Source: Convolutriloba macropyga (lineage: Eukaryota). From it: a stretch of DNA of 64,000 nt. Below, piece after piece: positions 1 to 13,643 of this stretch. The notes beneath the pieces are model-generated. The model saw nothing but the letters and a program-made list of their open reading frames with translations, had not been told where the DNA came from and ran no database searches. Each line of letters begins with the position of its first letter. The first letter of the stretch is position 1. The position numbers were made by a program, and so were the translations under genes. The stretch is from contig NC_134468.1 of the NCBI RefSeq assembly GCF_964194025.1, positions 68,448,001-68,512,000 of the forward strand. Direction: 5' to 3'.

Positions 1-6
1 CTGTAA

Positions 7-3000
7 TTAGAAAAAAGAAATTGTTTATTGATTATGAAACATCTCATATGAAATACGAAAATTTCTTTTGAAAGAAGAATTTTTTCAGTTCACATAAAGA
101 CTTTTAATTGCTTTCGAATGAGAAGCAGTTGTTGTAAGTATGTGTGTCTGCTTTTATGCAAATTATTTTATCAACCGTTTTTGTGCTTTTATGCTGGAAT
201 AGTATTTGACTTTTCAAGTGATTTTTTTCACATACTTCTTGATTTTTGAGTGATTTCAATTCCTCTTACTCCGAAGTAAGTTTGTTTTTCAAAGTAAAAC
301 CGATGGTTAGAGAGATGATGTCACAGCCATAGTAGCCGATTGCTTATTGCCCCTGTCGAGATTACGGAATCGGATTCAGTTGGTCGAGGTTTGAATCCAT
401 TGTTTGTGTTAATTTTTGCACCCATGAAGAAAAATTTATCTGCGCTACAGTCCCTGAATTAATTTGCCTCGCCTGTAATTCGAGAGCAATTTTTCCGACG
501 TTAGTCGGTATCTGTTTAAATTCTCCTAATTCTTTAAAAAACTTACACAAAAGAGCGAAACGCATATTTCACGTATGACCAAGGTTCCCCAACGCTACTA
601 AATAAGAGCCTTTAAAAATAGATTTCAATGTTCCTCTACATGTCAGACACAACTAGACGCAGAGTGCAAAGCCGCTTGAATTATTAAAATGGTAGCAAAA
701 CTCCTTAACTTAGAACAATTTGCAAAAGATTGAAAAAAATATATTCAAAACAAAATTGTGTTTATTAAATCTAGCTGTTAACACATACGCGAGTTCTGCT
801 AGCTGTTATTACATCTGCGAGAATAAGTGGTGGCCATCATTGAGAGAGCAGATTTCAAAAACAGGAAAAATTACCTAATACTTGCTCCAAATTGTGGCTT
901 TAAATGTGTCCAATAGCAAAACTGTTTTCAAATCGTGCTGGTATCTACAAATTTTTCAAAAACTAATTGTCCCATTGTGCTCATGAAACATTTAAAATGA
1001 CAAATTATTTCGAAAAACAATAAAAAGTTCACTTCAGGTTTTACTAGAAATTTTACGATTACAGATAGAAGGGCCTCATAAAGTCCTCGTTTGATTTTCT
1101 AGAAAAACGCAATCAAGTATTTTATGAACGGCGAGGAACCTTGAGTAAAGATCAGATGCCAAAAAGAAAAAAATGAGAGAGAAAGCGAAACTTAGTCTGA
1201 GATAATTAGATCGTTTAAAGGTCGGGCATAAGTAGAGACAGAGTGCAAAAATGAGAAATCATGAAAAAATTAGAAAAATTTATTGTTTTTTGATTATGAA
1301 ACTACTCATATGAAAAACGAAAAATTCTTTTGAAAGAAGAATTTTTTCAGTTCATAAAGATTTTTAATTGCTTTCGAATGAGAAGCAGTTATTGTAAGTA
1401 TGTGTGTCTGTTTTAATGCAAATGTTTTGCTCAACCGTTTTGTGCGCTTTTATTCTGGAATAGTGTTTGACTTTTCAAGTGATTTTTTTCACATACTTCT
1501 TGATTTTTGAGTGATTTCAATTCCTCTTACTCCGAAGTAAGTTTGTTTTTCAAAAAATGATGGTTAGAGGGATGATGTCACGGCCTTGGTAGCCGAGTGC
1601 TTATTGCCCCTGTCGAGATTACGGAATCGGATTCAGTAGGTCGAGGTTTGAATCCATTGTTTGTGTGTTAATTTTTGAAGCCATGAAGAAAAATTTATCT
1701 CCGCTACAGTCCCTGAATTAATTTACCTCGCCTGTAATTCGAGAGCAATTTTTCCGACGTTAGTCGGTATCTGTTTAAATTCTCCTAATTCTTTAAAAAA
1801 CTTACACAAAAGAGCGAAACGCATATTTCACGTATGACCAAGGTTCCCCAAGGCTACTAAATAAGAGCCTTTAAAAATAGATTTCAATGTTCCTCTACAT
1901 GTCAGACACAACTAGACGCAGAGTGCAAAGCCGCTTGAATTATTAAAATGGTAGCAAAACTCCTTAACTTAGAACAATTTGCAAAAGATTTAAAAAAAAT
2001 ATATTCAAATCAAAATTGTGTTTATTAAATCTAGCTGTTAACACATACGCGAGTTCTGCTAGCTGTTATTACATCTGCGAGAATAAGTGGTGGCCATCAT
2101 TGAGAGAGCAGATTTCAAAAACAGGAAAAATTACCTAATACTTGCTCCAAATTGTGGCTTTAAATGTGTCCAATAGCAAAACTGTTTTCAAATCGTGCTG
2201 GTATCTACAAATTTTTCAAAAACTAATTGTCCCATTGTGCTCATGAAACATTTAAAATGACAAATTATGTCGAGAAACTATAAAAATCTCACTTCAGTTT
2301 TTACTAGAAATTTTACGATTACAGATAGAAGGGCCTCATAAAGTCCACGTTTGATTTTCTAGAAAAACGCAATCAAGAAATTTATGAACGGCGAGGAACC
2401 TTGAGTAAAGATTAGATGCCAAAAAGAAAAAAAATGAGATAGAAAGCGAAACTTAGTCTGAGATAAATAGATCGTTTAAAGGTCGGGCATAAGTAGAGAC
2501 AGAGTGCAAAAATGAGAAATCATGAAAAAATTAGAAAAATTTATTGTTTTTTGATTATGAAACTACTCATATGAGAAACGAAAAATTCTTTTGAAAGGAG
2601 AGTTTTTTCAGTTCATAAAGAGTTTTAATTGCTTTCGAATGAGAAGCAGTTGTTGTAAGTATGTGTGTCTGTTTTAATGCAAATTTTTTGCTCAACCGTT
2701 TTTTGCGCTTTTATTCTGGAATAGTGTTTGACTTTTCAAGTGATTTTTTTCACATACTTCTTGATTTTTGAGTGAATTCAATTCCTCTTACTCCGAAGTA
2801 AGTTTGTTTTTCAAAAACAGATGGTTAGAGGGATGATGTCACGGCCTTGGTAGCCGAGTGCTTATTGCCACTGTCGAGATTACGGAATCGGATTCAGTAG
2901 GTCGAGGTTTGAATCCATTGTTTGTGTGTTAATTTTTGCAGCCATGAAGAAAAATTTATCTCCGCTACAGTCCCTGAATTAATTTGCCTCGCCTGTAATT

Positions 3001-3790
3001 CGAGAGCAATTTTTCCGACGTTAGTCGGTATCTGTTTAAATTCTCCTAATTCTTTAAAAAACTTACACAAAAGAGCGAAACGCATATTTCACGTATGACC
3101 AAGGTTCCCCAACGCTACTAAATAAGAGCCTTTAAAAATAGATTTCAATGTTCCTCTACATGTCAGACACAACTAGACGCAGAGTGCAAAGCCGCCTGAA
3201 TTATTAAAATGGTAGCAAAACTCCTTAACTTAGAACAATTTGCAAAAGATTGAAAAAAAATATCAAAACAAAACTGTGTTTATTAAATCTAGCTGTTAAC
3301 ACATACGCGAGTTCTGCTAGCTGTTATTACATCTGCGAGAATAAGCGGTGGCCATCATTGAGAGATCAGATTTCAAAAACAGGAAAAATTACCTAATACT
3401 TGCTCCAAATTGTGGCTTTAAATGTGTCCAATAGCAAAACTGTTTTCAAATCGTGCTGGTATCTACAAATTTTTCAAAAACTAATTTTCCCATTGTGCTC
3501 ATGAAACATTTAAAATGACAAATTATTTCGAAACACTTCAAAAAGTTTACTCAGGTTTTACTAGCAATTTTACGATTACTGATAGAAGGGCCTCATGAAG
3601 TCCGCGTTTGATTTTCCAGAAAGACGCAATCAAGAAATTTATGAACGGCGAGGAACCTTGAGTAAATATCAGATGTCAAAAAAATGAGAGAGAAAGCGAA
3701 ACTTACTCTGAGATAATTAGTTCGTTTAAAGGTTGGACATAAGTAGAGACAGAGTGCAAAAATGAGAAATCATGAAAAAATGAGAAAAAG
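7..3790. repeat. Tandem array of a ~1260-bp unit (3 copies visible), probably inside an upstream GOGAT intron
   Basis: The same landmark (acttacacaaaagagcgaaacgcat) occurs at 541, 1800 and 3061, and near-identical ORF translations occur at 362-565 and 2894-3085. Confidence 0.95.
1582..1660 (+). repeat. tRNA-like (Pol III A-box/B-box) module inside the 1.26-kb unit; equivalent modules at ~325-400 and ~2843-2920
   Basis: TAGCCGAGTGC (1590-1600) resembles an A box and GGTTTGAATCC (1645-1655) a B box. No full cloverleaf can be formed. Confidence 0.5.
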
Positions 3791-4749
3791 TACTTATTAT
3801 TTGCTATAAATTGGTTAATAAAATTAGTACTAAACCAAAACTGAGTTTTTTAAGTGTCGTTGATGACACACTTACGAGGTTTTGAAAAATGTTTGTCCTA
3901 TTACGCTCATGAAAAATCGGAATTGAAAAGAAATTCACACCAAACTTCAACAAGTTAGATTTCAAAATAGTGTGAAAATTACAGTTACCGATACAATTGC
4001 ATTGTAAAGTTGACTTCTGTTTTTAGACCTAAATGAACAGTCACCAACCTTGAGTATTGACCAGTTTCCAAAATCAATTTTAAAAGCAATGTTTTTTTTT
4101 GGAGTTGGGCTTTGTATCTGTTGGTAGATGTTTTTTTGTGTAATGTGCTCTTTGTGTTTATGATTTTTCTGTGTCCTTGTGGTTCAAATTGTACTACAAT
4201 TATCTTTTTAGAATTTGTTGAAGAGTTTTCATTTTTTTTCTGCCGAAAAAAGACGGTATTTTTTGGTTCAAACAGAACAAGTAATTTTCTCCAATGCATT
4301 TAAGTTGCTTTTGGATACTCCCAACGGTGCCTGACAGAATTCAAAAGTTGTTTTTATAACCTTGAGAGGTATATTGGAACAAGATGTGCTACGCACGGAC
4401 TCGCACGAGCCGTTTTGTTTTTTATTCTCTACAGTTGATATGTCCCCCATAACATATTTTTTTTCTTATTCCTCTTTTTCTCAGTATTGTATTCACTGCT
4501 ATTTGTTATCAATGAGTAGGCCACCTATTGTTTTTCTGATTCGTTGAGTCAATTTTGATGTTTTTGTACGACTTCCGATTTGCAAGACAATAAATACTAT
4601 GGTATAATTGTAAAATGATTGAGAACAATAACAGAAGCTTTAGTACTCCAAATACTGTTCAAGTTTCTTATTCTGATGTGCACATTTGACAAATCCAAAA
4701 ATCCAGTATCTTGCAAGGCTGTGTACAGGAATTAAACACTCTGTTTCAG

Positions 4750-4963
4750 GAAGGAGCACAACATCGATCTTCCCGAGACTGGCAGGTATGCCACTGGGAT
4801 CATCTTCCTGGACAGGTTGCAGAGATCACGAGACCAGTGCATGGAGCATTTTAAATCACTCGTGGCCGAATGTGATTTGAACATTCTGCATATTAGACTT
4901 ATGCCCACCAATAATTCGTGTCTGGGCAACAGTGCTAAATCCACAGAGCCATACATAATCCAG
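4750..4963 (+). CDS. GLT1: NADH-dependent glutamate synthase (GOGAT), internal exon A (glutamine amidotransferase domain); not in the ORF track
   Basis: Acceptor tgtttcAG (4748-4749) and donor GT at 4964. Translates KEHNIDLPETGRYATGIIFLD...MPTNNSCLGNSAKSTEPYIIQ, matching the GOGAT 'LP..G.YA.G..FL...LG..A.S.EP...Q' region. Splices in phase 0 to VFIT at 5760. Confidence 0.9.
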
Positions 4964-5149
4964 GTTACCAGAGTGTTCTCATTTGATACTCTCTGAAAGA
5001 AGAAGACAAATACTAGTCTGCGCGGCACAGAATGTCCCAACTTACGTCTCACGCATGTCGAAAAATTTGAACGTGTTCTGGCAAAATAAGTTTTCTGATG
5101 TTCATTCTTAAAAGATAACTTGAAGCAATTTTTCACAGCTTTTTTGAGT

Positions 5150-5600
5150 ATGTTTATTAATTGCCCTCGAACGATGTTGGAAGCAATTATTGTAACGTTT
5201 GTGCCTTTTTAATGCATAATTGTTGCTTGACGCTTTTTTTCACTGTGTTCTAGAATATTCTTTGACTTCTTCACACTTAAGTTCTTCATCTTTGAGTGAT
5301 TAAGTTGCGCTCGTTCTGAAATAAAGTTCGTTGCTTGAAGGTATTGTGAGTGAAACGAAATCAAAGTCTTAGTAGCTGAGTGGTTAAGGCTGCCAACCTG
5401 GAGATGTGGGTGCGAAACCCATTGGGCTTGTTTTTTTGCACCCATAAAGTATTTCTAAGAAACGCCCCCTCTAATCAATTTATTGCTCACATCTGTCGTT
5501 CGAGGTCAATTCATCCGACATTATTCGGTTAGTTTTTGCTGTAAATTAGCGTAAATTTTTTCCAACTGCAATAGGACAAACACATTTTTAGATAGTTCAG
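5150..5600 (+). repeat. Diverged solitary copy of part of the 1.26-kb repeat unit, including a tRNA-like head (5365-5428), in the GOGAT intron
   Basis: Collinear similarity to the array unit (gaagcaattattgtaa...tttaatgca...gaata..tttgac...ttgagtgatt...tttttgcacccat). Contains GTAGCTGAGTGGTTAAGGC and the T-arm-like hairpin GTGGG-TGCGAAA-CCCAT. Confidence 0.6.
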
Positions 5601-5759
5601 AGCAGCTGATGCAGCAGGACTTAATAGGATTGGATTGTGACGATCGATAGGATTGGATTGGAGGCACATTTGCGTCTTTTAGAACACGAGATAGATATAG
5701 CTGTCCGACTGCAAGTGAAAGCATAATGTTGCTCTCTCTCTCTCTCTCTCTCTCTTTAG

Positions 5760-6319
5760 GTGTTCATAACTGCTCAAGATCCATCTGATGACTTTGAGAA
5801 GAACATCTACCTGTTACGGAAGCAGGCTTCTCACCAAGTACCAGGACCACACAACCTCCGATTCTACATCTGCAGTCTGTCAACGACCACAATTACATAC
5901 AAGGGTCTATTCACGTCTTACCAACTGTTCCAATACTTCCCAGACCTAGAAAACCCCAATTTGAAAGCTAAAATTGCCCTAGTACATAGCAGGTTCTCCA
6001 CCAATACTTTTCCATGCTGGGAGCGAGCTCATCCTCAAAGAATGCTGTGTCATAATGGTGAGATCAACACTTTGAGGGGGAACGTGAACGCAATGCGGGC
6101 TAGAGAGGGTGTGATGTTCAGTAAGAAATACGGGATGTCGCTCCAGAAACTGTATCCGGTTGTTGAAGCTGACATGAGTGATTCCGGTAGTTTTGACAAC
6201 GTGTTGGAGTTCATTCACAACACCAGTGACAGGACGCTGCCTGAGTCTATTCTCATGATGGTTCCGGAGGCGTGGGAAGAGGACACAAACATGAAGGAAA
6301 ACCGCAAGAACTTCTACAG
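5760..6319 (+). CDS. GLT1: NADH-GOGAT exon B (class II glutamine amidotransferase domain)
   Basis: (CT)n tract plus tttAG acceptor at 5758-5759. Motifs FYICSLS..TITYKG, HSRFSTNTFP.WERAHP, HNGEINTLRGN, SDSGSFDN. Donor AG|GTGAAG at 6320 (phase 2). Confidence 0.96.
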
Positions 6320-6553
6320 GTGAAGCTCGATTTTTGAGCCCAATTCTCATGGGCATCAACAATTTATCCGCGTTGGATATACTAGGTTTTTATCGCTCAG
6401 CATCATAAATTATGTTTTAATTGTGTTGAATGACCATTGGATTTGCTTGGAAATATATTTTTCAATAGAAGAAATAGTTGGCTTTTAGTTTGAAGGTGCT
6501 AACGCAAAAATGTCAATTTTTGGCTGTGAGAATTTAACACTGTGAATATTAAG

Positions 6554-9500
6554 GTTCAACGCATATGTCATGGAGCCGTGGGATGGACCGGCCCTACTGG
6601 CATTCTCGGACGGTCAATACATTGGAGCCATTTTAGACAGAAACGGTTTGAGGCCCTCGCGATACACGCACACAACAGATGGCATGCTGTACATGTCTAG
6701 CGAAACTGGAGTTGTGGATGTTCCTCCAGAAAAAGTGGTGAAGAAGGGTCGGTTGAAACCCGGTCGAATGCTGTTAGTTGACACAATTCGAAAGAAGTTC
6801 TTCGACGATAACTCACTGGTGGCTGAGATCAAAGAGGAAGTGAGCAATCGGTTTCCATATAAGGAATGGTGTCGGCATGAAATCAACATCAAAGACATTC
6901 CACTGCCTCCTGAAGTAAATGGTCACATCGAAGCTCCAATGACGAATGGCTACGCGATGATGAATGGCCATGCAGATAGTTCTATGACTACCGATGTTGT
7001 GGTCCAGTTGTTGGAAAACGACAGGAGGCTAATCAATTTTGGGTACTCGACTGAAGTCATCAACTTGCTTCTGGCGCCTATGGTTGTCAATAAAAAGGAG
7101 GCTTTGGGATCCATGGGTAATGATGCTCCATTGGCTTGTCTGTCCAAATTTAACCCCCCAATTTTCGAATACTTCAAGCAGCAGTTTGCTCAAGTAACCA
7201 ATCCGCCAATTGATCCATTCCGAGAGAGGGTCGTCATGTCAATGCGATGCCCGATTGGACCTGCCCGAAACCTACTAGAACCTTCTGACGAATACAGTAA
7301 GCGTATAATTTTGGACCAGCCTATCTTGACCTCGGCCGAAGTAGAAGCTATCAAATCCTTGACAAAGAACGATTTCAGATCTGAAACCATCAGTATCGTT
7401 GTCGATGCCAACGACTATGAGTTGCGAAAGCACTTAGATCGAATTTGCAGTGAGGCTGAAAAACTAGTGAAGAATGGAACTACATTTATTGTGCTAAGCG
7501 ACGAAGGTGTAAATGCGTCGAAAATTCCTATTAGTTCATTGCTGGCGTTGGGGGCTATACATCAATATTTAGTGCAACAGAAACTAAGGTCGAAAGTTGG
7601 TTTGATTGTGAAAACTGGAGAAGCGAGAGAAATGCATCACTTTTGCGTTTTGCTTGGCTATGGTGCTGATGCGATTTGTCCCTATGTAGTGTTTGAAACC
7701 CTGAACAGAATTCGAACCTCGATAGACCCTAACTTGACCGAAAAAGATATCGTCAAAAACTTTAAATATGCATGTGCCATTGGCGTGAACAAAGTTATGG
7801 CTAAGATGGGAATCAGTACTCTGTACAGCTACAAAGGTGCACAAATTTTTGAACCACTGGGACTTGCAAAAGAAGTTGTCAAAAAATGTTTCCGAGGATC
7901 GCCCGCTCGGCTGGGAGGTTGCAGTTTCAAAGACTTGGCCGCTGAAGCGTATGACAGACATTCCTTAGCATTCAAACAGTTCGGACAATTTGGAATTGTG
8001 AACAACATTGCCAACAATCCCGGTGTTTACCATTGGCGCAAAGGAGGCGAAAAGCATCTGAATGAGCCGGAAGCTGTTGCCGCGTTACAGGAAGCCGCAA
8101 AACTGAATTCGAGAGCAGCCTATAAAAAGTACAGCGAGATCACGCAAGAAATGAACAGATATTGTACCATTAGAGGTCAGTTTTGTCTGGTGCAACCGAT
8201 TCACGGCCAGATTATGCTAGAAGATGTGGAACCCGCAGCAAATATTGTGAAGCGTTTTGCGACTGGCGCCATGAGTTTGGGTAGTATTTCAGACGAGGCA
8301 CACAAAACTTTGGCTATTGCAATGAACCGAGTAGGCGGTAAATCTAATTCAGGTGAAGGAGGTGAAATTCAAGTGCGATTTATGGATGACGCAGATTCCT
8401 TCAAATCTACTCGGTCAGCCATCAAGCAAGTTGCGTCGGCTAGGTTTGGTGTAACTTCTGCTTATTTAAGTCACGCAGATGATCTGCAGATTAAAATGGC
8501 CCAAGGTGCGAAGCCAGGCGAGGGAGGAGAACTTCCATATTACAAAGTCACGGAGGACATAGCTGAAGCAAGGCACGCCATTCCATACGTGGGGTTAATC
8601 AGCCCACCGCCTCATCACGACATTTACTCAATTGAAGACTTGGCCCAGTTGATTTATGATTTGAAGTGCGCGAACCCGAAAGCGAGAGTGAGTGTGAAAC
8701 TAGTCTCAGAGCTGGGTGTTGGAATAGTTGCAGCCGGAGTTGCCAAGGGAAAAGCGGACTTGATCACCATCTCAGGACATGACGGTGGAACTGGTGCAAG
8801 TAGCTGGACCGGAATCAAACATGCAGGACTACCGTGGGAAATGGGGTTGTCAGAAGCACATCAGGTGCTGGTTAGGAATGGATTACGATCACGTGTCAGA
8901 GTTCAAGCCGATGGGCAGATTCGGTCTGGCTTGGATGTTGTTATTGCGGGAATCCTTGGTGCGGACGAATTCGGATTTTCGACTGCACCTTTGATTACTA
9001 TAGGTTGTATTATGATGCGAAAATGCCATTTGAACACATGCCCGGTGGGAATTGCTACTCAAGATCCTGAGCTGCGAAAGAAGTTTGCTGGTGAACCAGA
9101 ACATTTGTTAAATTATCTCTTCTTGCTCGCGGAAGAAGTGCGACAAATAATGAGCACGCTTGGAGTGAAAAAATTCGACGACCTGATTGGTCAAACTAAA
9201 TTTCTGGGAATCAAACAGCCGTTAACAGACAAAGCCAGAACTCTCGATTATCACAACATTCTGATGAAAGCGTCCGATGACCCGACCGAGATGATCGGTG
9301 GAAGAATAAAGCAGGAGTTTAGTCTGGAAACTCGTCTGGACTACAAAGTGTACCAACAAGTTCTCCCGGTTATCGAAGGTCACCAGAACCATATGGAAGT
9401 ACAGTATCCAATCCGAAATGTTGACCGTGCGTTTGGGGCTTCACTAAGCTACTTCATATCTAAGAAGTATGGCGAGGCAGGTTTGCCTGAGCACTTCTCA

Positions 9501-11091
9501 ATTGACATCAAACTAAAGGGTTCTGGTGGTCAAGCGTTTGGATCCTTTTTGGCAAAAGGAGTCAGTATCGAGTTAGAAGGAGACTCAAATGACTACGTAG
9601 GAAAAGGTTTGTCTGGCGGAGAAATTGTCATTTACCCCCCAAAATCAAGTAGCTTCCTGTCTGATGACTCAATTATTGTCGGAAACGTTTGTCTCTATGG
9701 AGCTACCAGTGGACGAGCTTTCTTTAGAGGTCAAGCTTGTGAACGGTTTTGTGTCAGGAATTCGGGTGCAATTGCAGTGTGCGAAGGCTGTGGTGACCAT
9801 GGCTGTGAGTACATGACTGGAGGCGTTGCCTTAGTTCTGGGAAGACCTGGTCGAAATTTCGCTGCGGGCATGTCTGGAGGTATCGCCTATGTCTATGATA
9901 CAGCTCGAGTTTTCACGACATTATGCAACCTTGAAACAGTTGATCTGGAGGCGCTCAATCTGAATGAAGACTTAGACTTTGTTCATGGATTACTGAAGGA
10001 CTTCAAAGAAAGGACTGGCTCTGAAGTGGCTTCGGAAATCTTGACTACGTGGCCCGAGTCCTGTAAAGATTTCCATAAAGTCTTCCCAAAGGAGTACAAA
10101 CGAGCACTTCGGGATATGGAGCTGAAGAAACAGCAAGAGGCGGCTGAAAAAGAGAGCGAATCGGCAGAGACGATACTGGATCTCGAGAAAGGCGACGTCA
10201 AGTCCTCTCCTAAAAAAGACGCAAAGACATCACTGGATATTGAAGACATTATTCAGAACCCTAAGTTGATCAAAACTCTCAACAAGACTAAAGGTTTTAT
10301 GTTGTACAAGCGATCAGAGAAGAATTACAGAGATGTGAAAGAGCGGATGAAAGATTTTGGCGAGATCCAAGACCACAAGTACGTTAAGGACACAATTCAG
10401 TACCAGGCGGCTAGATGTATGGATTGCGGTGTGCCCTTTTGTCAGTCTGAGAGCGGTTGTCCTCTAGGTAATATAATTCCGACCTGGAACAATCTTGTTT
10501 ATCAGGGCAACTGGGAGGAGGCGTACCACCAATTGAATCAGACCAACAATTTTCCAGAATTCACCGGTCGTGTTTGCCCAGCGCCGTGCGAAGGTGCATG
10601 TGTTCTCGGAATTAACAGTCCGCCTGTTAATATCAAAAATATCGAGAACACAATCATTGAAACAGCTTTCGAGAAGGGATACGTAAAACCCCAGCAAGTA
10701 CCGCATAGAAGTGGGAAAAGGGTTGCGATTGTTGGTAGCGGACCAGCGGGTCTGGCAGCGGCTGCTCAACTTAACAGTGCTGGTCACTGGGTGTTCGTAT
10801 TTGAGAGAAACGACAAGATAGGTGGTCTTCTCAGATACGGAATCCCGAACATGAAGTTAGACAAAAAGATTCTGGATAGAAGGATTGACCTCATGAAAGA
10901 CGAGGGAATCACGTTTATAACTAACACTGAAATTGGCAAAGATGTTCCTGCAAAAAGTCTGACTGATGACTACGATGCAGTATTATTGACAGTCGGAGCT
11001 ACTTGGCCCAGAGGACTCAATATACCTGGCAGCAACGCTCAAGGCATACACTTCGCAATGAGCTTCTTGGAAACGTGGCAAAAGCATCAAG
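6554..11091 (+). CDS. GLT1: NADH-GOGAT exon C (4538 bp): end of GATase domain, central domain, FMN domain, GXGXG domain and start of the beta-subunit-like region
   Basis: The acceptor AAG (6551-6553) restores FYRFNAYVMEPWDGPA. Motifs FAQVTNPPIDP, IKMAQGAKPGEGG, [3Fe-4S] CIMMRKCHLNTCP, CMDCGVPFCQ...CP, CPAPCEGAC and FAD-binding GSGPAG. Donor G|GTAATA at 11092 (phase 1). Confidence 0.98.
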
Positions 11092-11149
11092 GTAATATTT
11101 GAGTAATTAATAGCCGCCGTCAGCCTCTCAACAGCCTCAGTCTCTCCTC

Positions 11150-13080
11150 TTTTTTTTACAATTTAAAGACTTTGAATTGTATTGGGGCGCTGGCTTTTTT
11201 ACGACTCGAAGAGGAGTATTGGAAAAGTCTCTTAATCAATTCTATTGGATTGAATTTTGAAGCACGAAATGAAACACGGGAAAAAAGCGTGAGTTGTTGG
11301 TGAGTTGAAAAATTGGAGACTAGAGCGAGAAAGGATTGTTTTTATAGCTGTAAGCTGAGCGTAGCTATATTGCGGTGCTCTTGGTTTTTACAATTCAAAG
11401 AATTTGAATTGTATTGGGGCGCTGTCTTTTTTTAAAGATCTGTTCACACATTTTCATGATTTTTGAAGTCAAATTGGAGTAGTGATTTTGGTCACGCCGA
11501 AACAGGAAATGGAGCGGAAAAGCGAGTGGTTTTGCGGCGTGAATGTTTTTCGCTCTAATTTTAAAGTAGAGTGCGAAAATCGTGTTTGAACAAAAATTCG
11601 GTTTCTCGGTAGTGGTTTTCTGTTCACATGCGGCAATTTCACTCTGATTTTTACTGTTTTTTTCGATTTTTTGGATCGGATTTTTTTTCTAAATGGTTTT
11701 CCTAATCCATTCATAGCTCAGTCTAAGCCTATTTTTTTTGTTTGAATTGAATTTTCATTTCTCGCTAGTGGTTTTTTTTGTTCACATGCGGCATTTTGAC
11801 ATTGATTTTCTGTTTTTTTTCTTTTGATCTGATTTTTTAAAAAATGGTTTTCTCAATTCACTCATAGTTCATTCTTGGTCTAGTTTTTCTGTTTAGTCAA
11901 TGAAAATTCTTTGAATTGTACGTCAGGACTTGGCCTGCTATGTTTTTTGTTTCGTCGTCTGACGCTCTTTCGTTTTACATTTGTTCACACAGCAAAGCTG
12001 AAGTCATTTTCTGAATGACTTCTTCCTCTCACTAACGGCATTGGCGCGCGTGACGTCATTTCTCACTCGTTTTAGCGAAAGTTTTTAGGTTATTTGCGTG
12101 ATTAGATTTTGATCATACGTGACTTACCTCACTCAATAAAATGACCTTAACTTTAAAACTGTAAGTTTAATTTGAATTTGTTTAAGGTCAAAGGAACTCC
12201 TATGTGCAGTAAAGGTCACTAATAAGAGGCTTCTGTGGAATGAATTTTATTAAGTTTTATTGGTTTATCGCTGAATGTTTTTTAGCCTAGTTTTTTGAGT
12301 GTCGTCGATTTTTCAATTTAGGTCTGTATCTGTTTCTATCTCTATTATATGGCACGCAGGTCTATTCTTTCGCAGGTATTCCGGCAATCTGCCGGCTATG
12401 TTTTGTTCATTCTGCTGTTTTGGCGAGAGAGAGAAAGTGAGGTGTGAAAAACATTTTCTAAGCGAGCGATTTTTTTTTCGCATATGGCTTTTTAAAACCA
12501 ATTTTTTTTTCAAATTTTTTGGTTCGATCATGATAGTTTATTAATTTGTGGTTTCTTCTCATAGAGGGATGAAGGTTTTGTAGTTAATGCGTGTTTTATG
12601 CTAATTTGGAGGTTTTTTATCTATTTTGCTCACTTCAAGGAGAATTTTAGCGATTTTTCGTCTTCTGTTTTGCTTAACTATTACTTAAGGTGTCTTAAGC
12701 TACCGAGGGTTACAGTTTTGTTGTTTTCTTCGAGTGGTTTCCGGAGTTCTTCTGGCTATGTTTTTTAAAGATCGCACATTTTCATATTTTTTGAAGTCAA
12801 GTTGATATGATCTTCACGCCGAATCAGGAAGTGGATTTGCGGTGTAAAACTTTTTTGCTCTAATTTTTACTAGAGTGAGAAAATGGTGTTTGAACAAAAG
12901 TTCGCTTTGTCAGTAGTGGTTTTTTGTTCACATGCTGCTTTTTGACATTAATTTTTTTATTTTTTTGATTTATTGACTCTTTCTAGGTCCATTCTAGGTC
13001 TTGTTTTCCTGATAAGTCAATGACAATTCCTTGAATTGTTAATTTCTGTTAGGTCAATGAGAATTCTTTGAATTAAAGTT
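11150..13080 (+). repeat. Dispersed repeat family with several partial copies in the last GOGAT intron (~11150-11200, ~11355-11920, ~12760-13080)
   Basis: tgagcgtagctatattgcggtg.tcttggttttt.acaattcaaa...gaattgtattgggg occurs at 11356 and again at 46068. The segment aaagatc...cacattttcat...gaagtcaa...cacgccgaa.cagg repeats at ~11435 and ~12767. Confidence 0.8.
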
Positions 13081-13643
13081 CTTCGAATTGTGTCAGGACT
13101 TCTATTTTTTTAAAATTCGTTTTGCCTTTTGATCACGTTTTTCGTTTTGCATAAGTCACCATTTTCACGTTTGATTCGTGCCGTACCTCACTCATGGTTT
13201 CAACTGAATGGATTCTAAATTCTTTTCTTGCATTGAACTACGCAATGTAGTTATTACGGACAATGTCAAAGAGCAAAATCAAAAGAAACGGGATAAACCG
13301 ATAAAGCCCGGTCATTAATTCAGTTCATCAGGTTATCAAAGTCCATTAGAAATATTGCCAGCTGACATTAGTTTTAAGCTTAATAGTTTTCAGTTTAGGG
13401 CCTGAATTGAGTATAGTTTTGAAATATAACTATCTGCACATCGAATTAGAACACTTTTCAAAACTTCGGAAAAAATTCTGTCAATTTTCCTTTTTTGTCT
13501 TTTTTTTCAATCCTGATATGCTTGAAGCGCGTCAACGGTGGGTATTTTCTGGCAATTTGCTGGCTATGTTTAATTGATCTCAAAGTTTGTAGGAATTATA
13601 TTACTTCTGTTGGTCTTTTTAATGCGATTTTTTGTTTGACCGA

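Noticed and set aside
1665-1682. Sm-site-like AATTTTTG in the 1.26-kb unit suggesting an snRNA or SL RNA array
   Set aside because: The motif is very common in this AT-rich DNA, and no U1/U2/U6/5S or SL hallmark sequence was recognised.
5365-5428. Functional tRNA gene
   Set aside because: The anticodon arm is too short or absent, the T-loop is TGCGAAA and the acceptor stem pairs poorly. Treated as a tRNA-derived repeat.
5979-10787. Minus-strand and alternate-frame ORFs over GOGAT
   Set aside because: Shadow ORFs of a long coding exon.
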